DNA of 64,000 nucleotides from Chiloscyllium plagiosum (GCF_004010195.1 NC_057720.1:8552688-8616687); one strand, 5' to 3'; positions 25,826-39,600 are shown, counted from the stretch's first letter. Notes: generated by a model not told the origin, from the sequence alone. A program made the numbers and translations.

Positions 25826-26150
25826 AGGTGGCTCAGTGGTTAGCACTGCTGCTTCACAGTGCCAGGGGCCCAGGAATGATTCTAGTCTTGGGTAACTCTC
25901 TGTATGGGGTTTTCACATTCTCCCAGTGTCTGTGTGGATTTTCTCCAGGTGCTCTGGTTTCCTCCCACAGTCCAAAGGTGTGTGGGTTGGGGTGGATTGG
26001 CCATGCCAAATTACCCATAGTGTGCGTGCTAGGTGGGTTAGCCATGGTAAATGCAGGGTTATAGGGTAGGCATCCATGTGGGATGCTCTCTGGAGTTTCA
26101 GTGCAGGCTTGATGGGCCAAATGGCCTCCTTCCACAGTGTCGACGTTCTA
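25826..26150 (+). mobile_element. HE1-type V-SINE (diverged)
   Basis: Head ggtggctcagtggttagcactgctgc, V-domain, CR1-like tail. Confidence 0.8.
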
Positions 26151-26860
26151 TGATTCGACCTTACTGCCTGCCATTGGCATGAGTAAGCGCGCCGAAAATT
26201 TGTGATTTCAAATAAACCTCTGGAACTACAACCTGGTGTCGTGTGACTTCTGACCTTATCCACCCCAATCCAACACTGACACCTCCACATCATGGAATAG
26301 GTTAGTGAGGCCAAATGGCCTATTTTTTGATGCTCTCAAAACTTTATCTTTTATTGTTTGGAGGTGTCACTGCCCAGTCCCATCACATTTAAGCTGAATG
26401 GCTTGTCAGACAGTTTGAGGGGGTAGCTGACAGTTAGCCACAGTACTGTGGGTCTGGAGTCACATGTTGATTTTCCCTCACTAAAGATCATCAGCTAGGC
26501 TTTACCATAATTCATGATGGCTTCATTACTGGGATCATAAGCATAAGGCTCTGGATTATTAGCCCAATGATACTATGTCTGAACCTTTATGTTTTCTTTT
26601 GGGGAAGCCATGAAATTTAAGTTGGCTGTCAACTTTTAACATGCAATATTCATTTACAACACAGTCTGGAGCTATTATAAAAAAAACCTGCCTGTTTGCA
26701 CCTGCTCCGATTTCTGAAGATTCAACCCACAGATTCAGAAAAACAGGCTGTCAAATGAGAAGCGTTGACAAACGTCAACTGAATATATTTGTCCTATAAT
26801 TTAAAATTCTTGCTTGCTAGCTACCTGGAGTTGATATAAAAGTTTTTTCAATTTTTGCAG

Positions 26861-26909
26861 AAACAAAAATCATGGAGATGTGCTGAAAATATTCACAGAG
26901 ACTTACCAG
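26861..26909 (+). CDS. Putative internal exon ((R)NKNHGDVLKIFTETYQ)
   Basis: ttttttcaatttttgcag| acceptor and CAG|gtacct donor. 49 nt, phase 2 to 0, completes the AG+A codon from the 20418 donor. Confidence 0.65.
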
Positions 26910-27139
26910 GTACCTTCAAGCCTTCAGATAAACTGACCCAAGCTGAAGGTGACTCTGCCTGTTATTCCATCACAAGTTATTCAACAGGAACTCTCTAACT
27001 TAGATTCTTCCTTCTCCCCTTGTCCATGGTTGCCATGGATTGTGAAATGGTGAGATCCCAAGAGAGGCGAGTGGTAAACTATGCAACTGAGAGGAGGGAG
27101 ATAGTCTGAGAGATGGAAGAAGAACATTAGAAGATCGAG

Positions 27140-27836
27140 GTGAGTACTGGGCTAATGGGAAAATTCTTGGCAGTGTAGATGGGTGGAGAGATCTCAGTGT
27201 TCAGGTGCATAAATCCCTGAATGTTGCCACTGAGGTTGATAGGGTTGTTAGGAAGGCATATAGTGTGTTGGCATTTATTGGTAGGGGGACTGAGTTTCGG
27301 AGCCACGAGGTCATGCTTCAGCCGCACCTGGAATATTACGTACAATTCTGGTCACTGCATTATAGGAAGGATGTTGAAGCTTTGGAAAGGGTCCAGAGGA
27401 GATTTACCAGGATGTTGCCTGATATGGAAGGAAGGTCTTATGAGGAAAGGCTGAGGCAACTGAGGCTGTTTTCGTTGGAGAGAAGAAGGCTGAGAGTTGA
27501 CTTAATCAAGACATATAAGATAATCACAGGGTTAGACAGTGAGAGCCTTTTTCCTCAGATGGTGAAGACTAACATGAGAGGACATAGCTTTAAATTGAGG
27601 GGTGATAGATATAGGACAGATATCAGGAGTGTTTTTTTTTAACTCAGAGAGTAGTAGGGGCCTGCCTGCAACAGTAGTAGAATCGCCGACGTTAAGGGCA
27701 TTTAAATTGGCATTGGACATCCATATGAATAATAATGGAACGGTGTAGGTTAGATGGGCATCAGATTAATTTCACAGGTCGGCGCAACATCGGGGGCTGA
27801 AGGGCCTGTACTGAACTGTAACATTCTATGTTCTAT
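27140..27836 (+). mobile_element. CR1 LINE 3' fragment
   Basis: ORF 27205-27642: PHLEYYVQFWS..LERVQRRFTRML. Tail ttctatgttct. Confidence 0.9.
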
Positions 27837-28329
27837 TGTTTGATGTGAGTAGCTTAATTAAGATGCTTAATTAATGTTGGAAACATTGAAAATAGGGAGA
27901 AAGTTGTGACTGCAGATGCTGGGGAATCAGAGTTGATAAAGTGTGGTGCTGGAAAAGCACAGCAGGTCAGGCAGCATCCGAGGAGCAGGAGAATTGATGT
28001 TTCGGACAAGACCATTCTTCAGGATTCAGGACTTCCTGAAGAAGAGTCTTGTCCGAAACCTCAACTCTCCTGCTCCTCGCAGGCTGCCTGTCCTGCTTCA
28101 CTTTGTCTAGTGCCATGCTTTATCAATATAGAAAAAAAGAACAGAAGTCCATTTGGCATATAAAGTCCATTCTGCCATTCAACATGAGCTGAGCTAATCC
28201 TTTACCTCAATGCCATTCTCTTTCCCTCTCCTCTTGCCCCTTGGTACAATTAACCACGAGAAATTTGTCCGCTTTGTTCTTAAACATATTCAGGGAAACC
28301 AGAGCTTTTCATGGTGAAGAATTCCACAG

Positions 28330-28808
28330 ATAGATTTACAAGGATGTTGCCAGGGTTGGAGGATTTGAGCTATTGGGAGGAGTTGAATAAGCTGGGGCTG
28401 TTTTCCCTGGAGCATCAGAGGCTGAGGGGTGACCTTATAGAGGTTTATAAAATTATGAGGGGCCTGGATAAAGTGAATAGACAAAGTCTTTTCCCTGGGG
28501 TGGGGGAGTCCAGAACTCGAGGGCATAGGTTTAGGATGAGAGGGGAAAGATATATAAGATATAAAAGAGACCTAAGGGGCAATATTTTCACACAGAGGGT
28601 TGTATGTGTATGGAATGAGCTGCCAGAGGAAGTGATGTACAATTGCAACATTTAAAAGGCATCTGGATGGGCATATGAATAGGAAGGGTTTAGAGGCATA
28701 TGGGATGGCTGTGGCAGGTGGGACGAGATGGGGTTGGGATATCTGGTTGGCATGGACAAGTTGGACCAAAGGGTCTGTTTCCATGTTATAGATCTCTATG
28801 ACCCTAGG
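28330..28808 (+). mobile_element. CR1 LINE 3' fragment
   Basis: ORF 28311-28655: RFTRMLPGLEDLSY..RLRGDLIEVYKIM..WNELPEEV. Confidence 0.9.
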
Positions 28809-28952
28809 ACTTGGATGAAAATGTAGATGGGTGGGTTAGTAAGTTTGCAGATGATATACAGATCAGTGGACTCGTGGAGAGTGTAGAAGGTTGGTAAGAG
28901 ATACAGCGGGATATAGATCATTTGCAGATATAGACAGAGAAATGGCAGATGT

Positions 28953-31900
28953 TAATAGACAATAGGTGCAGGAGTAGGCCATTTGGCCCTTCCAGCCAGC
29001 ACCGCCATTCATCATGATCATTCACAATCAGTGTCATCTTCCTGCCTTATCCCATAACCCTCGATTCCGCTATCCTTAAGAGCTCTATCCATCTCTTTCT
29101 TGAAAGCATCCAGAGACTTGGCCTCCACTGCTTCGGGGCAGAGCATTCCAAATATTCACCACTCTCTGGGTGAAGAAGTTTCTCCTCAACTCTGTTCTAA
29201 ATGGCCTATCCCTTATTTTTAAACTGTGTCCATGGTTCTGGACTCAGCCATCAGCGGAAAACTGCTTTCTGCCTCCAGAGTGTCCAATCCTTTAATAATC
29301 TTATACGTCTCAATCATATCCCCTCTCCTCCTTCTAAACTCAAGTGTATACAAGCCCAGTTGCTCCAATCTTGCAAAATATGATCGTCCCGCCATTCTGG
29401 GAATTGACCTCGTGAACCTACGCTACACACCCTCAATAGCCCGTATATCCTTCCTCAAATTTGGAGACCAAAACTGCACATAATATTCCAGGCGCAGCCT
29501 CACCAGGGCCCTGTTCAGCTGCAGAAGGATCTCTTTGTTCCTGTACTCAATTCCTCTTGTTATGAAGGCCAGCATGCTATTAGCTTTCTTCACTACCTGC
29601 TGCACCTGCATGCTTGCTTTCATTGACTGATGTACAAGAACACCTGGATCTTGTTGTATTGCCCCTTTACCTAACTTGACTCCATTTTGGTAGTAATCTG
29701 CCTTCCTGTTCTTGCCACCAAAGTGGATAACCACACATTTATCCACATTAAACTGCATCTCCATGCATCTATCCACTCACCTACTCACCCTGTATTCTCA
29801 TAACATCCTCCTCACAATTCACCCTGCCACCCAGCTTTGTGTCATCAGCAAATTTGCTAATATTACTTTTAATACCTTCATCTATATCATTAATGTATAT
29901 TGTAAACAGCTGCGGTCCCAGCACCGAACCTTGTGGTACCCCACTGGTCACTGCCTGCCATTCCGAAAGGGACCTGTTTATCACTACTCTTTGCTTCCTG
30001 TCAGCCAACCAATTTTCAATCCAAGTCAATATTTTTCCCCAGTACCACGTGCCCTAATTTTGCTCACTAATCTCCCATGTGGGACTTTATCAAAGGCTTT
30101 CTGAAAGTCCACGTACACTACATCCACGGGCTCTCCCTTGTTCATCTTCATCAATACATCGTCAAAAATTCCAGAAGATTAGTCAAGCACGATTTCCCCT
30201 TCGTAAATCCATGCTGACTCTGACCTATCCTGTTACAGCTATCCAGATGTGTCGTAATTTCGTCCTTTATGATTGACTCCAGCACCTTTTCCACCACTGA
30301 TGTCAGACTAACCAGTCTATAATTCTCTGTTTTCTCTCTCCCTCCTTTCTTGAAAAGTGGGACAACATTAGCCCCCTCCAATCCACAGGAACTGAGCCTG
30401 AATCTATAGAACATTGGAAAATGATCACCAATACGTCCACGATTTCTAGAGCCATCTCCTTCAGTACCCTAGGATGCAGACCATCAGGTCCGGGGGACTT
30501 ACCAGCCTTCAGACCTAACAATCTATCCAACACCATTTCCTGCCTTATATAAATTCCCTTCAGTTCGTCCATTATCCTAGGTCCTTCAGCCACTCTTACA
30601 TCTGGGAGATTGCTTGTGCCTTCCCCAGTGAAGACAGATCCAAAGTACCTATTCAACTCTTCTGCCATTTCCTTGTTCCCATAATAAATTCACCCGTTTC
30701 TGTCTTCAAGGGCCCAATTTTAGTCTTAACCATTCTTTTTTCTTTCCACATACCTAAAAAGGCTTTTACTATCCTCCTTTATATTTTTGGCCAGTTTGCC
30801 TTTGTACCTCATTTTTTCTCCGCGTCTTGCCTTTTTAGTTATCCTCTGTTGCTCTTTAAATGTTTCTCAGTCCTCTGGCTTCCTGCTCATCTTTACTATG
30901 TTATCCTTCTTCTCTTTTACCTTTATACAGTCCTTAACTTCCCTCGTCAGCCATGGCCACCCCTACCTCCCTTTAGGATCTTTCTTCCTCTTTGGAATGA
31001 ACTGATCCTGCACCTTCTGCATTATACCCAAAAATACCTGCCATTGTTCCTCCACTGCCATCCCTGCTAGGGTATTGCACCATTGAACTTTGGCCAGCTC
31101 CTCCCTCATAGCTCCATAGTTCCCTTTGTTCAACTGCAATACTGATACTTCTGATTCTCCCGTTTCCCTTTCAAATTGCAGATTAAAACTTATCATATTA
31201 TGGTCACTATCTCTTAATGGCTCCTTTACTTTGAGGTCCCTGATCAAATCTGTTTCTTGCACATCACCAGATCCAGAATTGCCTTCTCCTTTGTAGGCTT
31301 CAGTACAAGCTATTTTAAGAATCCATCTTGGAGGCACCCCACAAACTCCCTTTCTTGGGATCCAGTACCATCCTGATTCTTCTAGTCTACCTGCATGTTG
31401 AAATCCCCCATAACAACTGTAGTAATACCTTTGCGACAGGCCAATTTCAGCTCCTTATTCAACTTACCCCCTACAGCCAGACTACTGTTTGGGGGCCTGT
31501 AGATAACTCCCAGGAGGGACTTTCTACCCTTAGAATTTCTCAGCTCTATCCATACTGACTCTACATCTTCTGATTCTATGTCCCCCTCGCAAGGGACTGA
31601 ATATCATTCCTTACCAACAGGGCCTCTATCCATACTGACTCTACATCTTCTGATTCTATGTCCCCCCTCGCAAGGGACTGAATATCATTCCTTACCATAA
31701 GGGCCACCCCATCCCCTCTGCCCATCAGTCTGTTCTTTCGATAGCACGTATAGCCTTGAGTATTTCCCAGGCCCTGTCCATTTGAAGTCATGTCTCATTT
31801 ATCCCCACAACATCATACCTGCCAATTTACAACTGAGCCTGAAGCTCATCCACCTTATTTCTTATGCTTCGTGCTTTCATATATAATATTTTTAATTCGT

Positions 31901-33322
31901 TACTCCCTTCAGCTTTCCTATCAATCCCTATTTCACTTCACTATACTGTATTGTCCATTCTTGAGTTTGCTGCTCTGTTGATTCTGTTGTCTTTCTTAAC
32001 TTCTCTTGTTCTCACTTTCCCTTTGACTTCCTTCTTAAATTTCCAGTTTGTTTCCCCCCCCCCACTACTTAGTTTAAACACACCTGTATTGCAGAGGCAA
32101 ACCTGCCTGCCAGAATGCCGGTCCCCTACCTATTAAGGTGCAACCCATCCCTCTTGTATAATTTATCCTTACTGCAAAACATACCCCAGTGATCCAAGAA
32201 TTTAATTCCTTGCTTCCTGCACCAGCTCCTCAGCCACACATTCAAGTCCATTATCTCCCTGTTCCTGCCCTCTCCAGCTCAAGGAACTGGAAGCAAACCA
32301 GAGATAATCACCCTGGAGGTCCTGCTTCTCAGCCTTCTTCTGAGTTCTCCGAAGTCCCGCTGTAGAATGTCCCTCCTCTCCTTCCCGACGTCATTTGTGC
32401 CGACATGCACCACCACCTCTGGCTCTTCACCTTGGCCCTTGAGGAGTCTCTGCACTCTGTCGGTGCTGTCCTGGATCCTGGCACCAGGAAGGCAACACAC
32501 CATCCTCCAATCCCACCTGTTGCCACAGAAACCCTTTTCAGTCCCTCTCACTATGGAGTCTCCTATTACCACGGCTCTGCATGACGTCTGACTCCTTGGC
32601 TCTGCCTCCATGCCAATTTTCAATTGGCAGGCCTGTCCGCCTCTTGGACTGGCAGTGTCATCTGTCTCAACAGTTTCCAAGAGATTCAACCTGTTCACCT
32701 GAGGTACTTCCCCTGGGGTCTCTTGTGCTTGAATCATCTCTTCCTTCCTCATCGTCATCTCCCTTCTCTCTTCTGGTATGCTCTGTATAATGACCTCGCT
32801 GAAGATCCTGTCCAGAAAATTCTCGTTCTCTCGGATGAACCTGAGGTCATCTAGTTCTTTCTTCAGTGTTGCAACATGTTCCTTCAGAAGCTGAATGTGT
32901 GCACACTTGCCACAGCTATAGGAGCCAGAGACACCATCAGTATCCCTGACCTCCCACATCATGAACGCAACACACTGAATCAGCTTGGCAGTCAAGTCTT
33001 CACCCTCTTCAACTGTAATCTCCTCACTCAGCCTCCTTGCCGAAGACTCCTGAGCCAAAGACTCACACGTTTCTCACCAGACACTTCCCTTGACCCCGTT
33101 GTTTTTTGCTGTGAGTCTGTGGTATCACAGAGAAGGATAGGAGGGAGGCCCTACTGTGTAGGACCTGGGGCCTAGAACACACTTACTTAAATAGAACTCA
33201 CTAACCTTCCCAACAGCCGCAGTGCTCTGACCTCACTTCCACTCAGCTCCCGCCGCTCTCTGCTGCAAAAAAGACAGCTGGCTTCGAGGTAAGTACTTAA
33301 ATAGAACTCACTAGCCTTACCA
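28953..33322 (-). mobile_element. Near full-length CR1 LINE (5' UTR, ORF1 zinc finger/leucine zipper + esterase, degenerate APE-RT ORF2)
   Basis: ORF 32279-33058: IQCVAFMMWEV..CGKC..L-zipper..VIGDSIVRG..VHVGTND. ORF2 pieces: DSDHNMI, KSPGPDGLHPRVL, SGVPQGSVLGP..KFADDTKLGG. Confidence 0.95.
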
Positions 33323-33545
33323 AAAGCCTCCATAATGTATGGTATATCCAGGTATGTGTGAGGCGCTGCACTTTGGGAGATCAAATATTAAGGGAAAATA
33401 TTCAGTTCATGACAGGACCCTAAACAGCATTGATGTACAGAGGGATCTGGGGTTCAAGTCCACAGCTCCCTGAAAGTAGCATGCAAGTAGATAGGGTGGT
33501 AAAGAAGGCATATTACATGCTTGGTGTTTTTGGATGGGGAATTGA

Positions 33546-34400
33546 CCACAGCTACCTGGATTGCACTTCTTCCCACCCTACTTCCTGCAAAAATGCTATC
33601 TTGTATTCCCAATTCCTCCTCCTCTGCCGCATCTGCTCCCAGGAGGATCAGTTCCACCACAGAACACACCAGATGGCCTCCTTCTTAAAAGATTCTAATT
33701 TCCCTTCCCACATGGTTGAAGATGCCCTCCAACGCATCTCATCCACGTCCCACACCTCCGCCCTCAAACCCCTCCAAATGCATCAAGGATAGAACCCCGC
33801 TGATTCTCACCTTCCACCCGACTAACCTCCGCATAAACAGTATCATCTGCTGACATTTTCACCAAGTACAAACAGACCCCACCACCAGGGATATATTTCC
33901 CTCCCCACCCCTTTCCGCCTTCCGCAAAGACCATTCCCTCTGTGACTACCTGGTCAGGTGCATGCCCCCCCAAAATATCACCCTACCCTCCTGGCACCTT
34001 CCCCTGCCACTGCAGGAATTGCAAAGCCTGCGCCCACACCTCCTCCCTCACCTCCATCCAAGGCCCCCAAGGAGCCTTCCACATCCATCAAAGTTTTACC
34101 TGCACAAACAACAATATGATTTATTGTATCTGTTGCTCCTGATGTGGTCTCCTTTACATTGGGGAGACTGGAAACCTTCTTGCAGAGTGCTTTAGGGAAC
34201 ATCTCCGGGACACCCGCACCAATCAACCCCACCGCCCCCTGGCCCAACATTTCAACTCCACCTCCCATTCTGCTGAGGACATGCAGGTCCTGGGCCTCCT
34301 CCACTGCCACTCCCTTATCACACAACGTGAAACATTGATTTTCCTGCTTCTCGGATGCTGCCTGACCTGGTGTGCTTTTCCAGCACCACTCTAATCTAGA
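33546..34400 (+). mobile_element. Penelope-like element (Neptune-type) fragment: RT thumb + Cys linker + GIY-YIG, ending in the family A terminal repeat
   Basis: SYLDCTSSHPTSCKNAILYSQFL, GTFPCHCRNCKAC, FTCTNNNMIYCICCS*CGLLYIGETG. TSD-like gaattga. Inserted in an older CR1. Confidence 0.9.
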
Positions 34401-34825
34401 ATTGATTACAAGAGTCAGGATGTCATGTTGTACCTTTCTAAGACTTTTGTCTAGGCCACACTTCGAGTATTGCATTCAATTCTGGTCACTACATGACAGG
34501 AAGGATGTGGAGGCCTTGGAAAGGGTACAGAAGAGGTTTGCCAGGATGCTGCAAAATGAGCAAAAAGGAGAGGCTAGAGATAGTCAGGATGTTTTCTCTG
34601 GAGCAGTGGATGCTGAGGGGACACTTGATAGAAATCTGCAAAATTGAGATTCAGATAGATTTGATGGTCTTAATCCTTTGCCCAGAGTTGCAATGTCAAC
34701 ATGAAGTGGCATGCATTTAAGGTGAGGGGGGAAAGTTCAAAGGAGATGTGAGAGGCAAGTTTTTTACCCACAGAGTTTGGAACACATTGCCAGGGATAAT
34801 GGTGGAGGCAGATGCAATAGGGGTG

Positions 34826-35232
34826 TTTAGATTCCCTACAGTGTGGAAACAGGCCCTTCGTCCCAACAAGTCCACACCGACCCTCTGAAGAGTAGCCCAC
34901 CTAGACCCATTTCCCTCTGACTAATGCACCCCTGTCTCATTCCTGATGAAGGGCTTTTGCCCGAAACATTGATTTTCCTGCTTCTCGGATGCTGCCTGAC
35001 CTGGTGTGCTTTTCCAGCACCACTCTAATCTAACACTACGGGCGATTTAGCATGGCCAAGTCACCTGACCTGCACATCTTTGGACTGTGGGAGGAAACCG
35101 GAACACCTGGAGGAAACCCACGCAGACACGGGGAGAATGTGCAAACTCCACACAGACAGTTGCCCGAGACTGGAATCGAACCCGGGACCCTGGTGCTGTG
35201 AGGCAGCAGTGCTAACCACTGCGCCGCCCATA
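34826..35232 (-). mobile_element. HE1-type V-SINE with a family A insertion (~34932-35030)
   Basis: Antisense HE1 head at 35160-35232. Internal ctgatgaagggcttttgcccgaaac. Confidence 0.85.
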
Positions 35233-35745
35233 TGGGACTTTTAGATGAGCACATGAATATGCAAGGAATGAGGGATATGGAGCAAGGCCAGGCAGAAGGG
35301 ATTAGTTTAATTTGATGTTATGTTTGGCACAAAATTGTAGGCCGAAGGGCCCATTCGTGTGCTGTACAGTTCTACTTTCTAGGAAGTTTTAGTCAATAAA
35401 GTTGTGTCCAAAATGTTACAATTCCTCCAGAATTCCTGGACTGTGAGTTTGTTATCATCATCAGTCTCATGGGCCAATTGCGCATGCCTTCCTCAATAAT
35501 GGACCTCGAAGCTTGCAGTAACACCTTTGTCCATAGGCTGCAGAAGCCAAACTGTCTTTGGGGACAGAAAGAGAACTTTGATCATTCAACACAACTGTTC
35601 GGAATCCAAGTTACAGGCACTAGTATTATCTCACACAAGAAGAATCTCAAAACATAAGCTTATTTTCCTCATAGTACTTTTCATTTCTAGCAAAAATTAA
35701 TCCACCAACCATTCGGGGTTTTGGAGGTTTACCTGACCAAGAAGC

Positions 35746-35964
35746 AGAAAATGTGTCGCTGGAAAAGCGCAGCAGGTCAGGCAGCATCCAAGGAGCAGGA
35801 GAATCGACGTTTCGGGCATGAGCCCTTCTTTAGGAATTCCTGAAGAAGGGCTCATGCCCGAAACGTCGATTCTCCTGCTCATTGGATGCTGCCTGACCTG
35901 CTGCGCTTTTCCAGCAACACATTTTCAGCTCTGATCTCCAGCATCTGCAGTCCTCACTTTCTCC
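35746..35964. mobile_element. Palindromic Penelope-like insertion (family A)
   Basis: Inverted arms centred on ggaattcc. TSD-like cctgaccaagRagcag on both sides. Confidence 0.85.
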
Positions 35965-36459
35965 CTGACCAAGGAGCAGTACTCCAAAAGCTTGTGATTT
36001 CAAATAAACTTGTTGGACTGTAACCTGGTGTTGTGTGACTTCTGACTTTAAGTGTGGCGCGAGAAAAGCACAGCAGGTCAGGCAGCATCCAAGGAGCAAG
36101 AGAGTTGACATTTCGGGCATAAGCCCTCCATCAGGATGCTCAGCCCATGAAGAAGTTCTCCTCCTCACTCCACAAGGATCTCAGTGAGTCTCTCTCGCAC
36201 TGCACCCCTCGGGTCATCTCCTCTGTCCTGAAGCTCTTCAGCCATGTCCTGAAGCAGACCTGCTACTACAACCACATCTCCTTCCTCAGCTCTCCAGCAT
36301 CTGCAGTGCTCACTTTCTCCTGACGTTTACCGTTGTCCTACAAGTACAGCTAGTTAGTCCTTTGAGGTCTCAAAGCCTGTTCTCACTGACAAAAATACAT
36401 GTCCTGGTAGGATACATATCTAAAAGTACCTGTCCAGGATCATATCCACCTTCCTCAGT

Positions 36460-36662
36460 CATGATTTGGAGGTGCCAGTATAGAACTGGGGTGGATAAAG
36501 TTAGAAATCACACAACACCAGGTTATAGTCCAACAGGTTTATTTGGAACTACCAGCTTTCGGAGCTCATTGTTACCTGATGAAGGAGCAGCACTCCGAAA
36601 GCTAGTGCTCCCAAATAAACCTGTTGGCCGATAACTTGGTGTTGTGTGATTTTTAATTTTGT
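36460..36662. mobile_element. Palindromic Penelope-like insertion (family B)
   Basis: Inverted arms. HHR core ctgatgaaggagcagcactccgaaagcta at 36576-36604. TSD-like accttcYtcagt. Confidence 0.85.
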
Positions 36663-39600
36663 ACCTTCTTCAGTGACTTTCTGAAGTTTTTACAGAGACA
36701 CTTCTGCAGGAACCATGTTGGAGAGTTGGCACTGCCTGACTCTCCCTGCATTTTAAACTTTATTGAGTCTGAAACCTGCGAGCAGCTTTGAATTAATTCT
36801 CTTTCGCTGCTTCTTCCTCTTCAACTCCTTTTTCACCTGCTCATGCAGGCTTTGGGCCTCGTCCTGAATGAGGGCTGACTGATCAGAACATTCTTGTTGT
36901 ATCCTTAAGGCCAGCAATCATTCCATTTATTTTCCACAATAATGCTCCTATCGTTTCTGCCTCTACCTCCACCCCGGCAGCACATTCCAGACTCGTACCA
37001 CTCTCTGGGTTTAACCTCTGAACACATCAGAAAATGCTTTATGTTCTATTTCATTAGGATTCTTCACAATTGTGTGTATGTTTGTTGGAGGAAGTTTCAA
37101 ACAGCAGCCTGTTCATTTTTTCTAATATGTTTTATCACTTCTAATTTAGCATCTAGTGTAATACTACTGTGCTTATTCTTGGCGCTACAATGGCTACTCA
37201 TTTTTGGAGGATTTCAATGATCAATTACAAAAGAGCACTTTCCATGAACAATTTGAGAGACCATAAAGTGACTTCAGAATTATCTAATAGGATACTGAGA
37301 GTACACTCACGTAAATTAGGAATTATACATTGCTGAAAATTATGCATTGGAATGTGGACAAATTTATGTTTAGTTCCTCAAAAGGTTTGTGACATCAGCG
37401 TGAAATAACATTTATCACAATGACGTACATCACAGGCGCCCTGTTTTGCACCTAAGGTCTGTCTAGTTTTAGTAAGACTCCCCTTTGAAGTAAAAGCTAA
37501 CAATTCATTTGCCATCTCTGTTACCTGCTGAACTAGGATGCTAGCTTTTTGTGACTTATACACAAGGACTCCCAAATCCCTGATGAAGAAGGTTCTGATG
37601 AAGGGTTACTGGACCCTGAATGTTAACTCTGACTTCTCTTCACAGATGCTGCCAAACCTGCTGAGCTTTTCCACATACTCCTGTTTTTGACTTCTGTTTT
37701 GCAACTTTCCGTGGTCTCTCCCCACTTAAATCATATTTAGCTCTTCTTTTATCCTAATTATTGATGAACGAGCCAGTAATAATGCAAGAAACCCTATTTC
37801 CATTGACCTTAAGAGACTTGTCTTTGCTGTTTGCATGCTCAGTTATGCTATGTTGCCTCTCCTGATTTAACACAAGCACTTGGATTTTACCTGTCAAGGC
37901 AGGTATTACCTGCCCACCCCTAACTGATCAGTTAAGAATCAACCACATTGCTGTAAGATCAAGAGTCACATGATTGACAGGCTTAAAAAAAGATGGCGGT
38001 TTCCTTCCCTCAAATGACCAGATGGGTTTTTATGACAATTAAGAATGGTTTCATGTCATCATTAGATTCTTAATTCCAAATACTTTATTGAAATCAAATT
38101 CTGACATCTGTTGTGGCAGGTGTCGGATTAATAATCAAGCAATAACAGCACTAAGCCATTTCCTGAAAACACACTGCTGAGTCATGCTACTTTCAAGGTG
38201 AGGATGGGGGCCAGGGTTGTCAGTTTTGGAAACAGGCCTGATGTGGAAATGGATGGGTGGGTGGATGCTATGGTGGGTTGGATACAAGACCCTTTCTCCC
38301 AGATGCCAAAGTGGACAGGATTAGAAGATCCTGCCTCCATTTCTTACCAGATAGATAGATAAGTATGAGTCTGTCAAACTTCAGTCCTCATGCCTCCTCT
38401 CACCATAGACACCCAGCATCTCCACCACATTGTTCTGTACTCCTTCATTCTTGCCCAATTCACACATCTGTGCTCCCACAAGTCCATTCCAAGTGCCAAA
38501 ATCCACTATTTGAGTCTTATAATAAAGTTGCAAAGCTTCTGAAATGCTCATGCAACTGTTAAAATAAATAAAGTCATTCAAACGCTTTAAACAATCTTAT
38601 AAGTGCCTCATATATCTTTCAAGATAATAAAACATTCATCTAAAATCCATTTCACCAAAACCATTACTCTTTTAGGAAGTCATCAAAATTTCAAAATAAT
38701 CAAATCACAGTGTCTGTGACAGATCTATCAACAAAATTCCAGAGGGTTTACTGAATAAGTTGAAGACCTTGACATCAGTCAAAGAACTTAGCTATTTGTT
38801 TAATCTTCAAAGCCAACCAACAAATATCCAGGCAAGCAGTCATTGATAAGATTATCAGAAAAAGACCACTTTACAGGTCAAATCTACATTTCAGTATTTG
38901 TCATACAGAGGACAGTTTGCAGAGAAAATAAACATTATACTTTATCCAAAGGATTATGTACTACAATTCATCTGAAGATTTATCTTTGGTTCTTCATCAA
39001 TTACTAAAAACAACTTAATCATTCTTGCAGCATTACAGTATGATATATGAAAAATTGTTAATACCTTTCAAACTCACTTGTTGAAAGTTTCCCAACTCCA
39101 GAACAGAAGTCAGTCCCGTGTTTGGAAATATCGCTAAACTGGTGTAAACCGTTGTCAGGAGCCAGAGAGATTCCGTGAAAATTGCAGTGCACATGTGGAA
39201 GGTACAGAAATGCTCAATCCACCAGTAGATCAGCAAGCACAGAACTGCTTGAAGCAGGACCAGATCTCAGACTGGAGTTGGTAGCGTGTTGGTAATTCAG
39301 CTGGAGTGGTAATCCAGAGGCCCAAGATAATGGTCTGAAGGATGTCGACTCAAATCCAACCATAGTAATTGGTGGCATTTCAATTACTGAAAATCTGAAG
39401 TATCAGGCTGGTCTCAGTCATGATAACTGTGGCAAACATCATAAATTGCGCCAAAAGCCTCTCTGGCTCTTCAGAGAAGGAAATATGCTGCTCTTCATGT
39501 GAATCCAGAACCACAGCAATGTAGTGGATTCTGAAATGGCTTGGTGAGCTATTCAGTTCAAAGGTGATCAGGGATGGTCAACAAACCTGGCCAGTGATTC

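Larger units (their letters stand above)
35390..37230 (-). mobile_element. Decayed Tigger/pogo (Tc1/mariner) transposase fossil, interrupted by PLE insertions
   Basis: Minus-strand fragments in correct order: KHSSITLDAKLEVIK (HTH), LLALRIQ..LIQDEAQSLHEQVK (CENP-B HTH), EGGYDPGQV, LLV*DN..IKVLFLSPKTVWLLQPMDKGVTASF (DDE_1). Confidence 0.75.

Noticed and set aside
36750..36910. Basic coiled-coil-like minus-strand reading (..KKELKRKKQRKR..) resembling a host exon
   Set aside because: It is explained as part of the Tigger/pogo transposase fossil.
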